Below are positions 62,241 to 64,000 of a DNA stretch of 64,000 nucleotides, piece after piece. The notes under the pieces are model-generated. The model worked only from the letters and a program-made list of their open reading frames with translations. It did no database searches and had not been told where the DNA came from. The position numbers and the translations under genes were made by a program. Source of the DNA: Vitrella brassicaformis CCMP3155 (Eukaryota > Protista > Chromerida); assembly GCA_001179505.1 (NCBI GenBank), contig CDMY01000443.1, positions 1 to 64,000 on the forward strand, in the 5' to 3' direction. Each line of letters starts with the position of its first letter. Position 1 is the stretch's first letter.

Positions 62241-62560
62241 CAGGCGTTGGATGAGGTAAGCGACGACATGACAGAAGCAATCGACGACAAAAGTCAATCA
62301 ACAGTCAGTCACTGAAGCCGCGCACACGTGGCTCCACGGACTCGCTCGCCGACCTATGGGCTGCTGCGTGTACACGTACGTACGTATGCAAGTATACATG
62401 CGTGTGTCTATGCAGCAGGCTTACTTAGTGTCTACGCATTTGTCAACAACGTGGCCTATCTCTCTCTTTCTCTCTTCGCTCCACACGTTCACAGAGACAT
62501 GTATTGCTCAAATCCTGCTGCACTCCAGACCACACAGTCTCGGCCACACTGTCTCTCAGT

Positions 62561-64000
62561 TCAGGTGTGGGCGATGGTCTCGAGCAGTATCTCATAATGC
62601 GACGACAGGGGCGTCCCGTCATGCACATGACGCACAGCACGACACAACACCGGCAAATCCGCTTCCCTGCAACCAGACACCACCAACACAAAGACCGAAT
62701 GAGCACTCTTCTCACAGCCACCACAGATCTGACGTGGCTGCTGACCTGCTGACAAACTTGGCAACATAGAGCAAGAGGTTGCGCACTCAGTGGCCGCCGC
62801 TTGACGCCCCGACCCAGCACATGACGACGCATCACGGCCGCCAGCGACTCCTCTCCATTCAGCTGCGGCACGAAAGGTGACGGAAAACTGTTCTGCAGCC
62901 AGCCCTCGTGAGACTGGATGGCCACAGGGATGAGGTAGAAGAGAACGTCCAGATCGGTCGTCTCGCGGCCCTCGACAGACACAGGCTCGGTGGTGGCGAT
63001 GAGGGACGCGTTGCTGGCTGGGGCAGGCAGCACAAACAGACTATCGGACGTCGACTGAATCAAGATATGCAGACGTGCAGCAGAAGTGGATGTCCGCACG
63101 AGTAACTTGCTTCACGTGTTGTGCTATGGCGTACCTGTACGGCTTGCTTGCTCATGTGGAAGGCCTCGAGGGCGATGTCATTGCCTTTACTGACGGTGGC
63201 CACGCGGACACGAACACCTCCCCCTCCTCCCTGCCGTGTCGCTGTATGCACCGCCGCTGCAGCAGCGAGGCGGTGATGATCTTCTCACTGCTGCCCACGG
63301 GTGTCTGCTCGTCGCGGCTCGTGAAGATCCAGCCCACCAGCCGAAGAACGAGCAGCTCGGCGACTCTGAAAAGAAAGAGAGATATTAAAGTGAGAAGAGA
63401 GCCACGTACGTCGCGTGGTTCTTGTTGTCTGCTGACCTGTCAGCACTGTCAAGTTCCCTGTTTGAGGACAAGAGCTACATCCACGCACAAACACGCACAT
63501 AGATCCTGCCGTTCAACTGTCTCGGCACACACCGACCTGGTCGAGGTCGCATTCCTCCCCCTCTCTCCATGCCATTGCCGACGGCTGCGTGACGGCCTCC
63601 ACGGTGATGCGGCCTGTCGACGCGTCCACCGTGCCGTACAGCAAGGCAGCACCCCTCACAGAAGTCTCTGTGCCGTTCCTCGCCGCAGCAAATGCCCTCA
63701 TGCCGGAGAGGAACCACTCAGCAGCGCCCGAACACGCTCACCTGCATACACCGTGCAGGCAACGGATCTCAACCACCGAATGAATCATTCTTCCGCTGAT
63801 TCATCCGTCCCCCATTCACTTACCTGCTTGACCACCTTATCAGTCTGCGCCTTGACCTGCAGCCTCTTGTTCATCTGCTGCCGGTCCTGCATCGACATCT
63901 GACCCACACGACCACCGGTTCGCCGCCTCAGCCGACCGCTGCGCATCGATGAGAGCTCAGGGTAGGGCACATAACCATCACGCACGTACTTGGCTGTTGT
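62561..64000 (-). pseudogene. NPL4: NPL4-like (p97/Cdc48 cofactor, MPN-like fold) gene with two apparent frameshifts; runs off the window
   Basis: AALLYGTV...ITVEAVTQP, VAELLVLRLVGWIFT, EAFHMSKQAVQ, LFYLIPVAIQSHEGWLQNSFP, NLLLYVAKF|...DLPVLCRAV...YEILLETIAHT* match plant/protist NPL4. The reading frame breaks at about 63203 and about 62780 with no intron possible. Confidence 0.75.

Noticed and set aside
62780-62795. In-frame TGA before NLLLYVAKF as selenocysteine or stop-codon readthrough
   Set aside because: The upstream conserved NPL4 sequence is in a different frame, so readthrough would not restore the protein; a frameshifting deletion explains it better.

Overview
Eukaryotic, GC-rich, intron-dense genomic DNA with (CA)n/(CAGA)n/(TCCA)n microsatellite-filled introns and seven fixed 300-N scaffold gaps. 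This style suggests the chromerid alga Vitrella brassicaformis (inference, not verified by search). The ORF track is fragmented by splicing, so I rebuilt gene models by hand from GT-AG (gtgagc/gtacgt/gtgcgt...cag) junctions; exon boundaries are approximate. Recognisable genes: SURF6/RRP14, a divergent JmjC + all-Cys (ADD-like) PHD protein, an epoxide hydrolase with signal peptide and C-terminal RTDL, METTL16, a TVP38/TMEM64-type protein, NASP, a Kid/KIF22-type kinesin, an ARMH1-like protein, a uridine kinase-UPRT fusion, an MRS2/CorA Mg2+ transporter, a CDV3-like protein, SMU1, and an NPL4-like gene with two apparent frameshifts. There are also lineage-specific family members. The accessory part holds two oppositely oriented clusters (about 17-21 kb minus, about 50-58 kb plus) of an atypical protein-kinase-like gene (HGDTNGQN...DFE), with stops, frameshifts and relic fragments, plus a decayed bacterial-adhesin-like (cadherin/Ig-like) fragment. 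Five gene pairs are head-to-head with about 100-300 bp between start codons. No rRNA, tRNA, CRISPR array or recognisable transposase was seen.
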